A program made the translations under genes and the position numbers. This document shows positions 1 to 8,129 of a DNA stretch of 64,000 nt, one piece after another (the stretch's first letter is position 1; the number at the start of each line of letters is the position of its first letter). Location of the stretch: the NCBI GenBank assembly GCA_963765495.1, contig CAVXWP010000001.1, forward strand, positions 704,001-768,000, read 5' to 3'. The notes beneath the pieces are model-generated. The model saw only the letters and a program-made list of their open reading frames with translations. It had not been told where the DNA came from and did no database searches. The stretch is from Blastocatellia bacterium. Its GTDB lineage: Bacteria; Acidobacteriota; Blastocatellia; UBA7656.

Positions 1-74
1 GCGCGAAGCATAGCGCGATTAGGCGTGCGCTCTAACCCTTCGGTGATGGTCTTACTTCGGGCATTATCACTCAT
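1..74 (-). CDS. ilvD: Dihydroxy-acid dehydratase, 5' end only (runs off the window)
   Basis: Manual translation from ATG at 74 gives MSDNARSKTITEGLERTPNRAMLR, the typical IlvD N-terminus (R-x-P-x-RAMLR). A GAGG RBS lies upstream. Not in the ORF track. Confidence 0.75.
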   Translation of the reverse strand, partial: MSDNARSKTITEGLERTPNRAMLR

Positions 75-165
75 GGTTTTTCCTCAAGTTGATATTGGTT
101 TGATTTGCTTCAACCATGTAATACCCTATCTGCGCGTGAAACGAAAGCGAAGTATGGATTCACGA

Positions 166-219
166 TAGCCACAGAGAAAGGATTCTAAAAACTCTATGTC
201 TGCGGTGCCTCTGTGGCTA
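166..219. repeat. Intergenic palindrome (TAGCCACAGAG...CTCTGTGGCTA)
   Basis: 11-bp perfect inverted repeat just downstream of the SDR stop codon. Confidence 0.6.
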
Positions 220-222
220 ATA

Positions 223-981
223 CTATCCGCACAGGACTGAGCCGCCGTTGACGTTGAGCACTTCGCCCGTAGTGTGGCGGGCAAGGTCCGAGGCCAGAAA
301 CAGGATCGGCCCGGCGATGTCGTCGGCTGTGGCCACGCGCCGGAGCGGGATGGCTGAGAGGATGCCTGCGATTTCGCGCCGGTTGTGCAGAGGTTCCGCA
401 GACATATCGGTGTCAACCCAGCCGGGCGCGACCGAGTTCACCCTTATTCCAAACGGTCCCAGTTCGCTTGCGAGCGATTTCGTGAGAGAGATTATCCCGC
501 CCTTTGACGCGGCATAGTGCGAATGAAAAGCTTCGCCTCGCTGGCCCGCTGTCGAAGAGACCGTGATGATGCTGCCCGACCGCTGTCGCTTCATCACCGT
601 CGCGGCGAAGTGGCAGCAGGCATATACGCCCTTCAGGTTTATATCAATCGTCTCTTGCCATCCTTGCTCGTCGAGTTCATCTATGGCGCTGCCGGTCCAG
701 ACGCCCGCGTTTGCGACTACTATATCAACGCGGTCAAACTCTGAAAGCGTCTGGTCGAATAAGGCTCGCACATCCTCGAAGCGCGAAACATCCGCCTGCA
801 TGGTGATCGCTCGGACGCCAAGCAAGCGAGCCTGTTCTGCTATGGCTTCGGCTTCGGCTTCGTGCTTGAAGTAATTCAAGACCAGAGACGCCCCGCACTC
901 GGCGAACCTTATGGCCGTAGCCGCGCCGATGCCCCGCGACGCGCCCGTTATCAATGCGACTCTACCGCTCAAATCTATCAT
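223..981 (-). CDS. Short-chain dehydrogenase/reductase, FabG-like
   Basis: TGASRGIG Rossmann motif, VANAG, YAASK catalytic motif, VNSVAPG. Confidence 0.9.
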   Translation of the reverse strand: MIDLSGRVALITGASRGIGAATAIRFAECGASLVLNYFKHEAEAEAIAEQARLLGVRAITMQADVSRFEDVRALFDQTLSEFDRVDIVVANAGVWTGSAIDELDEQGWQETIDINLKGVYACCHFAATVMKRQRSGSIITVSSTAGQRGEAFHSHYAASKGGIISLTKSLASELGPFGIRVNSVAPGWVDTDMSAEPLHNRREIAGILSAIPLRRVATADDIAGPILFLASDLARHTTGEVLNVNGGSVLCG

Positions 982-1053
982 CTTTCCTCCTGTGATATAG
1001 ATACACGTTTACTCTCTTCGGACGTGAAACAGGCTGTGGTGGCCGATCTGGTG

Positions 1054-1329
1054 TTAACCGCCCGCGATTGCCGGGACTATCGAAACCTCTGCGCCTTCGG
1101 GCACTCGCGTTGCCAGATTGTCAAGAAAGCGCACGTCTTCGCCGTCAATATAGATGTTTATGAAGCGGCGCAATTCGCCCCCCTCATCGCACACACGGGA
1201 TTGGAAACCCGGATAGCGCGCCTCAAGTTGAGTGATCAAGTCTCTCACGGTCCCGGTTTCGACTTCGACCTCTTCGAGGTCGCCTGTGAGCTTGCGTAGC
1301 GGTGTCGGTATGATTAGCTTGAGTGACAT
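1054..1329 (-). CDS. MoaD/ThiS-family ubiquitin-like sulfur-carrier protein (CysO/MetO-like)
   Basis: 91 aa with IPTPLR...[14 protein letters not shown] and a C-terminal AIAGG diglycine. GGAG RBS upstream. Confidence 0.9.
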   Translation of the reverse strand: MSLKLIIPTPLRKLTGDLEEVEVETGTVRDLITQLEARYPGFQSRVCDEGGELRRFINIYIDGEDVRFLDNLATRVPEGAEVSIVPAIAGG

Positions 1330-1363
1330 TATGATTCTCCTTTCAATCGAAATGGTTTAGAGA

Positions 1364-1460
1364 TGAAGCGTGATCCGTGATTTTCAGCGGGCTTGCTTGT
1401 ACCAGACAATTTGCAAATCTGTTCCGGTCACGCATCACGCATCGCGCATCACGCATCACG
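1364..1460. repeat. Inverted heptamer arrays (TGAWSCG)n ... (TCACGCA)n
   Basis: 1364-1380 TGAAGCG TGATCCG TGA and 1428-1460 about 4.7 copies of TCACGCA, facing each other across about 47 nt. Confidence 0.75.
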
Positions 1461-1464
1461 TTAA

Positions 1465-2703
1465 TCAGGCAGTGGCCGCAAAGCCCGAGATCACGCTTTC
1501 GAATTGAGCGAGGCGAGGCTCGATTACTACGGGCGGCCCAAGCTCGACGGCCTCCTGCGTCTTCAGCCCGTTGCCTGTGATGGCGATGACCGTCACTTCA
1601 TCGGGATTGATGCGCCCCTGCTCGATCAACTTTATGGTCACGGCGACCGTAACGCCCCCGGCGGTTTCCGTGAATATGCCTTCTGTCTCGGCCAGTAATC
1701 GGATGCCCGATCTGATCTCGTCATCGGAAACATCTTCGGCCCAGCCGCCGCTTTCGCTGATTACACCCGCAGCATAGTAACCATCCGCCGGGTTCCCAAT
1801 CGCGAGCGATTTTGCAATCGTCGCAGGCTTGACGGGGCGGATGTCGCGCGATTTGCGCTTGACGGCATCGGCTATGGGGTTGCACCCTGTTGCCTGCGCG
1901 CCGAAAATGCGCGTCTTTACTTCTTCTTCGAGAAGCCCGAGCCGTTCAAGCTCTTTCAGCCCCTTGTGAATCTTTGTGATGAGAGACCCCCCTGCCATCG
2001 GCACTACTACGTTTGCCGGGGCGCGCCAGCCTAGCTGCTCCGCTATCTCATAACCGAAGGTCTTGGAGCCTTCGCCGTAAAAAGGTCTGAGATTGACGTT
2101 GACAAATCCCCAGGGATGCCGCTCCGAAATCTGGGTGCAGAGACGGTTCACATCGTCGTAATTGCCGCGCACGGCCACGACTCGCGCTCCATAAATCGAG
2201 GTCGCGGTGATCTTGCTCTTTTCCAGATTTTCAGGGATGAGGATGTATGCGGGCAGACCGGCGGCGGCGGCGTTTGCTGCTACCGAGTTTGCCAGATTGC
2301 CGGTCGAAGCGCAGCCGACCGCTTCGAGCTTGAACTCCTTAGCTTTATTTATAGCGACTGCCGTGACCCGATCTTTGAAGGAAAGAGTGGGAGAGTTGAC
2401 GCTGTCGTTTTTGATGTAGAGACGCGAAAGGCCAAGCCGTTTAGCGAGGCGGTCGGCCCGCACGAGCGGAGTCCCGCCGCTTGTCTGGCCTACGACGGGT
2501 TCTGAGTCCAGAGGCAAAAGCTCGCGGTATCGCCAGAGTGAGGGCGGGCGCGAATAGATGACTTTGCGTGTCAGCGCGCGTCCAATCGCTTCGTAGTCGT
2601 AATCAATTTCCAGTGGCGCGAAACAATCCGCGCATCCGGCTGAAGGTTCTTTCGGGTAGCTGCGCCCGCATTCCCGGCATCTCAATCCGTTGACAAAACT
2701 CAT
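1465..2703 (-). CDS. thrC: Threonine synthase-like PLP enzyme (possibly a sulfur-carrier-dependent O-phosphohomoserine sulfhydrylase)
   Basis: N-terminal CxxC..CxxC, PLP lysine motif PTLSFKDR, ASTGN, ITGNGLK. Confidence 0.85.
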   Translation of the reverse strand: MSFVNGLRCRECGRSYPKEPSAGCADCFAPLEIDYDYEAIGRALTRKVIYSRPPSLWRYRELLPLDSEPVVGQTSGGTPLVRADRLAKRLGLSRLYIKNDSVNSPTLSFKDRVTAVAINKAKEFKLEAVGCASTGNLANSVAANAAAAGLPAYILIPENLEKSKITATSIYGARVVAVRGNYDDVNRLCTQISERHPWGFVNVNLRPFYGEGSKTFGYEIAEQLGWRAPANVVVPMAGGSLITKIHKGLKELERLGLLEEEVKTRIFGAQATGCNPIADAVKRKSRDIRPVKPATIAKSLAIGNPADGYYAAGVISESGGWAEDVSDDEIRSGIRLLAETEGIFTETAGGVTVAVTIKLIEQGRINPDEVTVIAITGNGLKTQEAVELGPPVVIEPRLAQFESVISGFAATA

Positions 2704-2797
2704 CTGGTTTCCCTCCTGTCTTAAGAGCCGCGCGGTTTCAAACGCCGCGCGGGTTAGGGCTACAGGTTAGAGCTACAGCCACGGGCAGCAGAGCAAA

Positions 2798-2830
2798 AGA
2801 AAAAGCCCCGCGCCAAACTAGCGCGGGGCC
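2798..2830 (-). terminator. Intrinsic terminator, expression platform of the proximal riboswitch
   Basis: Minus strand reads GCCCCGCGC-TAGTTTG-GCGCGGGGC followed by TTTTTCTTTT. Confidence 0.85.
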
Positions 2831-2846
2831 TGCTTTCAGTCTCCGG

Positions 2847-2896
2847 GCTGTTTAGCAGTTTTTTTCGTGGAGCAAGTAGCCTTAAATCGCCACGTA
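2847..2896 (-). ncRNA. SAM-II (SAM_alpha)-type riboswitch aptamer, proximal copy
   Basis: Minus strand reads CGTGG-CGATTT-AAGGCTAC-TTGC-T-CCACG-AAAAAAACT-GCTAAA. This matches the SAM-II pattern: P1 CGUGG/CCACG, GAUUU, UUGC, A-rich linker, GCUAAA. Confidence 0.8.
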
Positions 2897-2912
2897 TCTG
2901 ATTAAGAAAGAA

Positions 2913-2945
2913 CAAAAGCCCCGCGCTAAACCAGCGCAGGGCTTT
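2913..2945 (-). terminator. Intrinsic terminator, expression platform of the distal riboswitch
   Basis: Minus strand reads AAAGCCCTGCGCT-GGTTT-AGCGCGGGGCTTT-TGTTCTTT. Confidence 0.85.
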
Positions 2946-2958
2946 CGAAAAACTCTCT

Positions 2959-3010
2959 CGCGGTTTAGCACATTTTTAACGTGGAGCAATTTGCATTAAA
3001 TCACCACGTC
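2959..3010 (-). ncRNA. SAM-II (SAM_alpha)-type riboswitch aptamer, distal copy
   Basis: Minus strand reads ACGTGG-TGATTT-AATGCAAA-TTGC-T-CCACGT-TAAAAATGT-GCTAAA. Confidence 0.85.
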
Positions 3011-3025
3011 CAGCTTCGAAGTCTC

Positions 3026-3054
3026 AGACTACACCTCTCGACTGACGATGTCAA
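3026..3054 (-). promoter_or_regulatory. Sigma70-type promoter for the riboswitch-thrC-moaD transcript
   Basis: TTGACA-17 nt-TAGTCT, placing the predicted TSS about 10 nt before the first aptamer. Confidence 0.75.
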
Positions 3055-3059
3055 CAAGC

Positions 3060-5945
3060 TCACTGATTTTTTTGCGATTTTGTTTCTGCGCCCGCAAGCG
3101 CATCAAACCGTCGCTTTGTTTCATTTGACCAGCCGGGGATCAACTCTGTAACTGTGCCTTTGTCGTCTACGATAAACGACATCGGGACCGACACCTCTTC
3201 CGTAGCGTACAGCTTTTCGATAGCCGGAACTCCGCCTACATAAACCGGATAGCTGACGCCTTTCTGCGCGAGGAACCCCTTGATGTCAACACCCGACTCC
3301 GTATCGACGCTCAATCCGATCAGATCGATGCCGCGCGCCGTAAAGCGCGAGCGCAGCTTTTCAAGCTCGGGCATTTCGCGGGCGCAGGGCGCGCACCACG
3401 TAGCCCATACGTTGATGAGCAGACGGCGACCGGGGCGCAGTTGTTTGCGTAGAGTGGTCGCCCGCCCGTTCGCAGTCTTCAAAGCCAGATCGGGCGCGGG
3501 GCGGCCCACGGCTATTTTTAGTCCTCGGGCGAAGCTTTCAACTCGCGTCAATGGATCGGGCAGGTTCGCGCGTTTTAAGGCAAACGGTTCGGCGGTTCCC
3601 GCGCCCTCGCGCAGCAACAGGTTTGAGCCTGCTTTCGTTTCTGCCTCGAATCGTTCGGTCTTGCCGTTTGGCCATGTGACTTCTATCCACTCGGCGCGCT
3701 CGTCTCGGCCTAACCCGAAAAGCAATCGCGGGTCGTTTTGCGAGATGAAGCCTGAGCCGCCGCTCTTGATCTTTGTCAGCGTACCGGCTGATGTCTTCAC
3801 GCGCACCACTGCGCCGTAAGCATCGCGCCCTACATCCTTGCCGCCTTCGAGCGATATTCGCAAATAGTTGTTTGCCTGCCCTACGTTATTGCGAAAGAGC
3901 AGGTGCGAATCACCCTGAATGGTTGTGATGAAAACGTCGAGGTCCCCGTCATTATCGAAATCGGCGAAGACGCCTGCGCGACCGTCGCTGATCGAATCTA
4001 TGCCGGAGACGCCTGATACATCCAGGAATTTTTTTGTGCCGAGGTTGAGATAAAGCGGATCTCGTTCGTACCCGCTGAAGGAGAATCCCTGCTCGGAAAT
4101 CAATTGATTCTGATCATTGCGGAGCGCGCCTTTTTCTTTGCTTGAGTCATTTGTCTGCGTCACGACCTGACGCCAGAAATGACTTCAGGTGTCTTTCATC
4201 GACTTGCCCGAGATAAACCCGTTTGGCGAGTACAAATCTTCCCACCCGTCATTATCGAAATCAATAAAGCCGCCGCCCCAGGCCCACCCGCCTGAAAATC
4301 CGCCCACTTCCGATGTTACGTCGCGGTACTTTCCGTTGCCGAGATTTTCATAGAGGTTGTTGCCCGCGGCCAGTTTCTTCAGCACGTTGTCTTTCGAGCT
4401 CGAATTCGGAAAGAGCCGCGACAGAATGCGATTGCCCGCGGTCGAAGACATGTTTGTGGCGTGAAGATCGAGAAGACCGTCGTTGTTGTAATCCCCGAAT
4501 GCCACCCCCATGCCGTTGCCGGGGTCGAGCACTCCCCGCTCTTTCGCCTCGTCAACAAAGTGGTCGCCTTTGTTTATGTACATGGCTTTTTCGCCGAAGT
4601 CGTTTGCCACGTAAAGGTCGAGGCGACCGTCGCCGTTTGCGTCAAAGAACTCAGCCGCGTAACTCCACCGGCGGTCGTCAACCCCCCACTTCGCGGCCTC
4701 TTCGCGGAAGCGGCCTTCGCCCTGATTTATAAAGAGCAGATTGGGCGTGCCGTTCGTAGCGCGAAACCAGGAATCCGGCGTCACCTGTCCGTAACGGTTA
4801 TAACAGGATACGTAAATATCGGGGCGACCGTCGCCGTTCACGTCTCCGGCCACGGCGCTGAAGCCTATGCCCTGTATCGAAACCCCCGCTTCGAGCGAGA
4901 CATCCGAGAATTCGAGCTTGCCGTCGGGGACCATTCGATTTTCCAGGAGGATTTGCGAACCAACCGTCGAGATGAATATGTCTTCGTCACCGTCGCCGTC
5001 ATAGTCGAGCACAAGCGGCGCGACCCCGGTGGCCAGGCTCTTTACGCCCGCTTCGGTCGAAGCATCTCGGAAACGCCCGTGACCGTCATTCAAATACAGG
5101 TAATTTCGATCAGGCGCGGTCACAAACAGATCCATCCACCCGTCGCCGTTGAAATCAGAGGCCGCCGCTCCGTGCCAGATGAAGCCGTTGTTGCCCGCCG
5201 AGCCGTAAGAGGGAAGCGTGGCTGCTACGCCTGCGGGCGCGCTCACCTCAGAGAAAACATCCGTAGTTGCGACCATCGAATCGAGGCTCGCAAGTTCGAA
5301 TGAATCAAACTGCCATCTTCCTTTTGCCGCGCGTCGGGCGTTTACGTATGTGACGCCCCGCGCCCATTCGCGCTGGCCCTCGGTGTTGCGGCCTATCACA
5401 TAAAACGCGAGGCGGGCGCGACCCACAGGATTTGCCTCCTCAGGCGAATTCTTTGCATCAGCCGAGGCGGGCGGATTGAAATTAGCCTCTTTGACCTTGA
5501 AGCGAACATCTTCGATTTCGGCGAAGTGATCAAGAAATCCCGACCAGTCTTTAAGGAAACTTTCTTTCGTCATCGTGCGAAGCGCGGGTTTGCCCTCTTC
5601 GCCGTTTACTCCCCAGTCGCGCATGGCTATCCACTTGACCTGATTCTTGACAGGCAACGGCCGGGAAGGGAACGGGGCAGCCTGTAGCTTGTCGGAGAAG
5701 AATTCCGCAGTGCGCTCCGCGTTGCGATCCCGCGTTGCGACCGACAGTTCGAGCATATCGTTGGCGAGCGATTCGGATAAATCCTCGACCTGCTCAAGGC
5801 GTGTGATCTCGCCTGCGGGTGGCGATTTCTGTTCCTGCGCGCTTGCTTTGCGAGTGACCACTGCCGCAAGACAGAGCGAAAACGCGAGGCAAAGACACAA
5901 CAGCGCCCTGCCTGAACGCGATGAGAGCAACTTTAACAACTCCAT
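3060..5945 (-). CDS. Secreted FG-GAP(VCBS)/CRTAC1-ASPIC-UnbV protein with C-terminal TlpA thioredoxin domain; candidate selenoprotein read through the UGA at 4185-4187 (961 aa, Sec587)
   Basis: ORFs 4185..5945 and 3060..4163 are in the same frame, separated only by TGA plus 7 sense codons (KDT*SHFWRQVVTQ). The product has a signal peptide, many DxNGDGxxD repeats on both sides of the UGA, an ASPIC/UnbV region (GSGFISQNDPRLLFGLG) and WATWCAPC. Confidence 0.75.
4145..4184 (-). promoter_or_regulatory. Bacterial SECIS-like stem-loop
   Basis: Directly after the UGA: AGUCAUUU-CUG-GCGUCA-GGUCG-UGACGC-AGAC-AAAUGACU. It has an 8-bp lower stem, a 6-bp apical stem starting 11 nt after the UGA, and a loop beginning with GG. 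Confidence 0.75.
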
Positions 5946-6049
5946 AAATTCAATCCTTTGATAGAGGGTCTTCTGAAGGGATTCGAGTCCGTAACACCCA
6001 ATTTATAGCTTTCGGGTTGCGCAAAATCAAGTCACTCTGCCTGAGCGTT

Positions 6050-6077
6050 TTGACAAAGCCGAGCGGCGAATTATAAT
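6050..6077 (+). promoter_or_regulatory. Consensus sigma70 promoter for the small-protein/amidase pair
   Basis: TTGACA-16 nt-TATAAT. A divergent TTGATT-17 nt-TATAAA at 6002-6030 may drive the FG-GAP gene. Confidence 0.7.
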
Positions 6078-6106
6078 GGTCCGGCCAACTACCCCAAATA
6101 AGAGAG

Positions 6107-6481
6107 GTGGAATCAGTGAGCAAGCCATCTGAGAAAGATCAGCACAGAGAAGCCCGTCGAAACTTCGCAAAGACGCTGGCGGTCGTTGCCGCAACTCCGT
6201 TTGTGTCGCGCGCAGCCCCGGCTGAATCGGGACAACCAGTATCGGCCAGGGCTTTAGCTTTGCAAACTAAAGCACCTGAAAAGCATTCGCCGACAGCCGA
6301 GGCTCTGGGCGAGGCCGTGCGCTACCAGTACGGCAAGTACCTCGACGAAGATCAACTGGACAAAGTGAAGGGCAGCATAGATCGAGGGCTGCGCTCGGCT
6401 GAAAGGCTCAAACAGTTCAAGCTGAAAAACAGCGACGAACCGGCATTCACCTTCAGCGCCGATTTACCGTCAGCAAAATGA
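6107..6481 (+). CDS. Small protein with twin-arginine signal; GatC-like amidase partner
   Basis: ARRNFAKTLAVVAA Tat-like motif and C-terminal LKNSDEPAFTF. Lies directly upstream of the amidase. Confidence 0.65.
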   Translation: MESVSKPSEKDQHREARRNFAKTLAVVAATPFVSRAAPAESGQPVSARALALQTKAPEKHSPTAEALGEAVRYQYGKYLDEDQLDKVKGSIDRGLRSAERLKQFKLKNSDEPAFTFSADLPSAK

Positions 6482-6527
6482 GGCGCGCAAGCGCTCAAGC
6501 GTCACACTTACTTGAGGAGCGATTTTC

Positions 6528-7961
6528 ATGCAAAAAGGTATAACCGAAGACATACTCTACATGTCGGTGCGCGAGCTTGGCGCAATGATCCGCGCGCGGC
6601 GGCTTTCACCCGTGGCGCTCGCCGAAGCATATCTTGATCGCCTTGAAAGCTTCGGGCCAAAGCTTGGCGCAACCGTCACCATCACGCGCCAGATAGCCCT
6701 GGATCAAGCCCGCGCCGCCGAAGACGATTTGCAGCGCCGACGCTATCGGGGGCCTCTGCACGGAATCCCTTACGGCGTGAAAGATTTGCTTGCCACCAGA
6801 GGAACCGCTACTACGTGGGGCGCGACTCCTTACATAAATCAGGTATTTGACTACGACGCCACGGTCGTCAAGAAGTTGCAAAACGCGGGCGCGGTAATGG
6901 TCGCAAAACTCGCTATGGTAGAGCTTGCGGGCGGGTTCGGCTATAACAACCCCGACGCTTCTTTCACGGGGCCGGGCAGAACCCCCTGGAATAAAGACTA
7001 CTGGTCGGGTGGATCGTCATCCGGTCCGGGCGCGGCCACTGCGGCGGCTCTGGTAGCCTTTTCGATAGGTTCTGAAACATCAGGTTCGATCATCACGCCA
7101 TCGGCCTTTTGCGGCATATCTGGACTACGCCCGACATACGGGCGAGTGAGCCGCCACGGGGCTATGGCCTTAAGCTGGACGCTGGATAAGCTTGGACCCA
7201 TGTGCCGCACGGCAGAAGATTGCGGTCTTGTGCTTGCGGCCATCGCGGGGCGCGACCCGCTCGACCCGACAAGCGACCCCCGGCCTTTTACCTATCCCGA
7301 GCGCCCGCAGCCGGCGGCGCGTGGGCGGGCGCGGGGCAAGCGATTTCGCATAGGCGTGATCAAAGGGTCAGCCGACCACGTACAGCCCGAGGTGAAAAAG
7401 AATTTCGAAGATTCGATTGAGGTGCTGAGACGATTCGCCGATGTGGAAGATGCGGTAGAGTTTCCCGACATGCCTTTTGGCCCGGTCGTCGGCACTATTG
7501 TTGACGCGGAAGGCGCAAGCGCTTTTCGAGAACTCCTGGAGAACGGCGGCGCGCGCCAGTTGAAGGCGACCGCCGACCGATGGGACGGTTATTCGGGAAC
7601 GGCAGTGCTGGCCATAGATTATCTTCAGGCGATGCGAATACGCGGACCGATGAAGCTTGCTATGGATGAACTATACTCAAAGTACGACGCGCTCGTAGCG
7701 CCGTCACGCGCCACGGTTGCTTATCCGATAGGGGTTGATTTTGATAAAGCATACACAGGTGTGGGCGGCGGGCCTCCAGTGATCCCGGCGGGCAATGCCG
7801 TAGGCCAGCCGGCCCTCTCTGTGCCGAACGGGTTTGGTGAAAATAATTTGCCTACAGGGATTCAGTTCACAGGCCGTGCCTGGAGTGAAGCGCGACTTGT
7901 CCAGATAGCGAGCGCATATCAAGATGCGACCGAATGGCATAAGAAACGTCCGCCTGTTTGA
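6528..7961 (+). CDS. Amidase-signature family enzyme (GatA-like)
   Basis: GPLHGIPYGVKD, GGSSSG and IGSETSGSI (Ser-cisSer-Lys triad motifs). Confidence 0.92.
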   Translation: MQKGITEDILYMSVRELGAMIRARRLSPVALAEAYLDRLESFGPKLGATVTITRQIALDQARAAEDDLQRRRYRGPLHGIPYGVKDLLATRGTATTWGATPYINQVFDYDATVVKKLQNAGAVMVAKLAMVELAGGFGYNNPDASFTGPGRTPWNKDYWSGGSSSGPGAATAAALVAFSIGSETSGSIITPSAFCGISGLRPTYGRVSRHGAMALSWTLDKLGPMCRTAEDCGLVLAAIAGRDPLDPTSDPRPFTYPERPQPAARGRARGKRFRIGVIKGSADHVQPEVKKNFEDSIEVLRRFADVEDAVEFPDMPFGPVVGTIVDAEGASAFRELLENGGARQLKATADRWDGYSGTAVLAIDYLQAMRIRGPMKLAMDELYSKYDALVAPSRATVAYPIGVDFDKAYTGVGGGPPVIPAGNAVGQPALSVPNGFGENNLPTGIQFTGRAWSEARLVQIASAYQDATEWHKKRPPV

Positions 7962-7995
7962 AAATAATCACAACCAAAACAGGACCGCTCAATTC

Positions 7996-8074
7996 CTTTG
8001 CGAACCTAGCGTCTTTGCAAGGGACAGGTTCACGCGCAAAGACGCTAAGGCGCATAGTTCGCAAAGCTTTTTTT
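7996..8074 (+). terminator. Long palindrome with T-tract between convergent genes
   Basis: CTTTGCGAAC..TAGCGTCTTTGC pairs with GCAAAGACGCTA..GTTCGCAAAG and is followed by CTTTTTTT. Confidence 0.55.
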
Positions 8075-8129
8075 ATTCGGCAACCAAGAATTCTTTAACA
8101 CCTTTGCCGTTCTTTACCTCAATCGGGCA

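Noticed and set aside
2704-3062. Functional link between the candidate selenoprotein and the SAM-regulated sulfur operon
   Set aside because: They are adjacent and co-directional, but the riboswitch operon has its own promoter. Adjacency alone is insufficient without conserved synteny.
3060-4163. Independent 367-aa ORF starting at GTG 4163
   Set aside because: There is no RBS, the start is buried in the SECIS-like stem, and it is in frame with the upstream gene. It is better explained as the C-terminal part of a read-through protein.
6528-7961. gatCAB operon
   Set aside because: There is no gatB, and the small upstream protein carries a Tat-like signal. A generic amidase is more likely.
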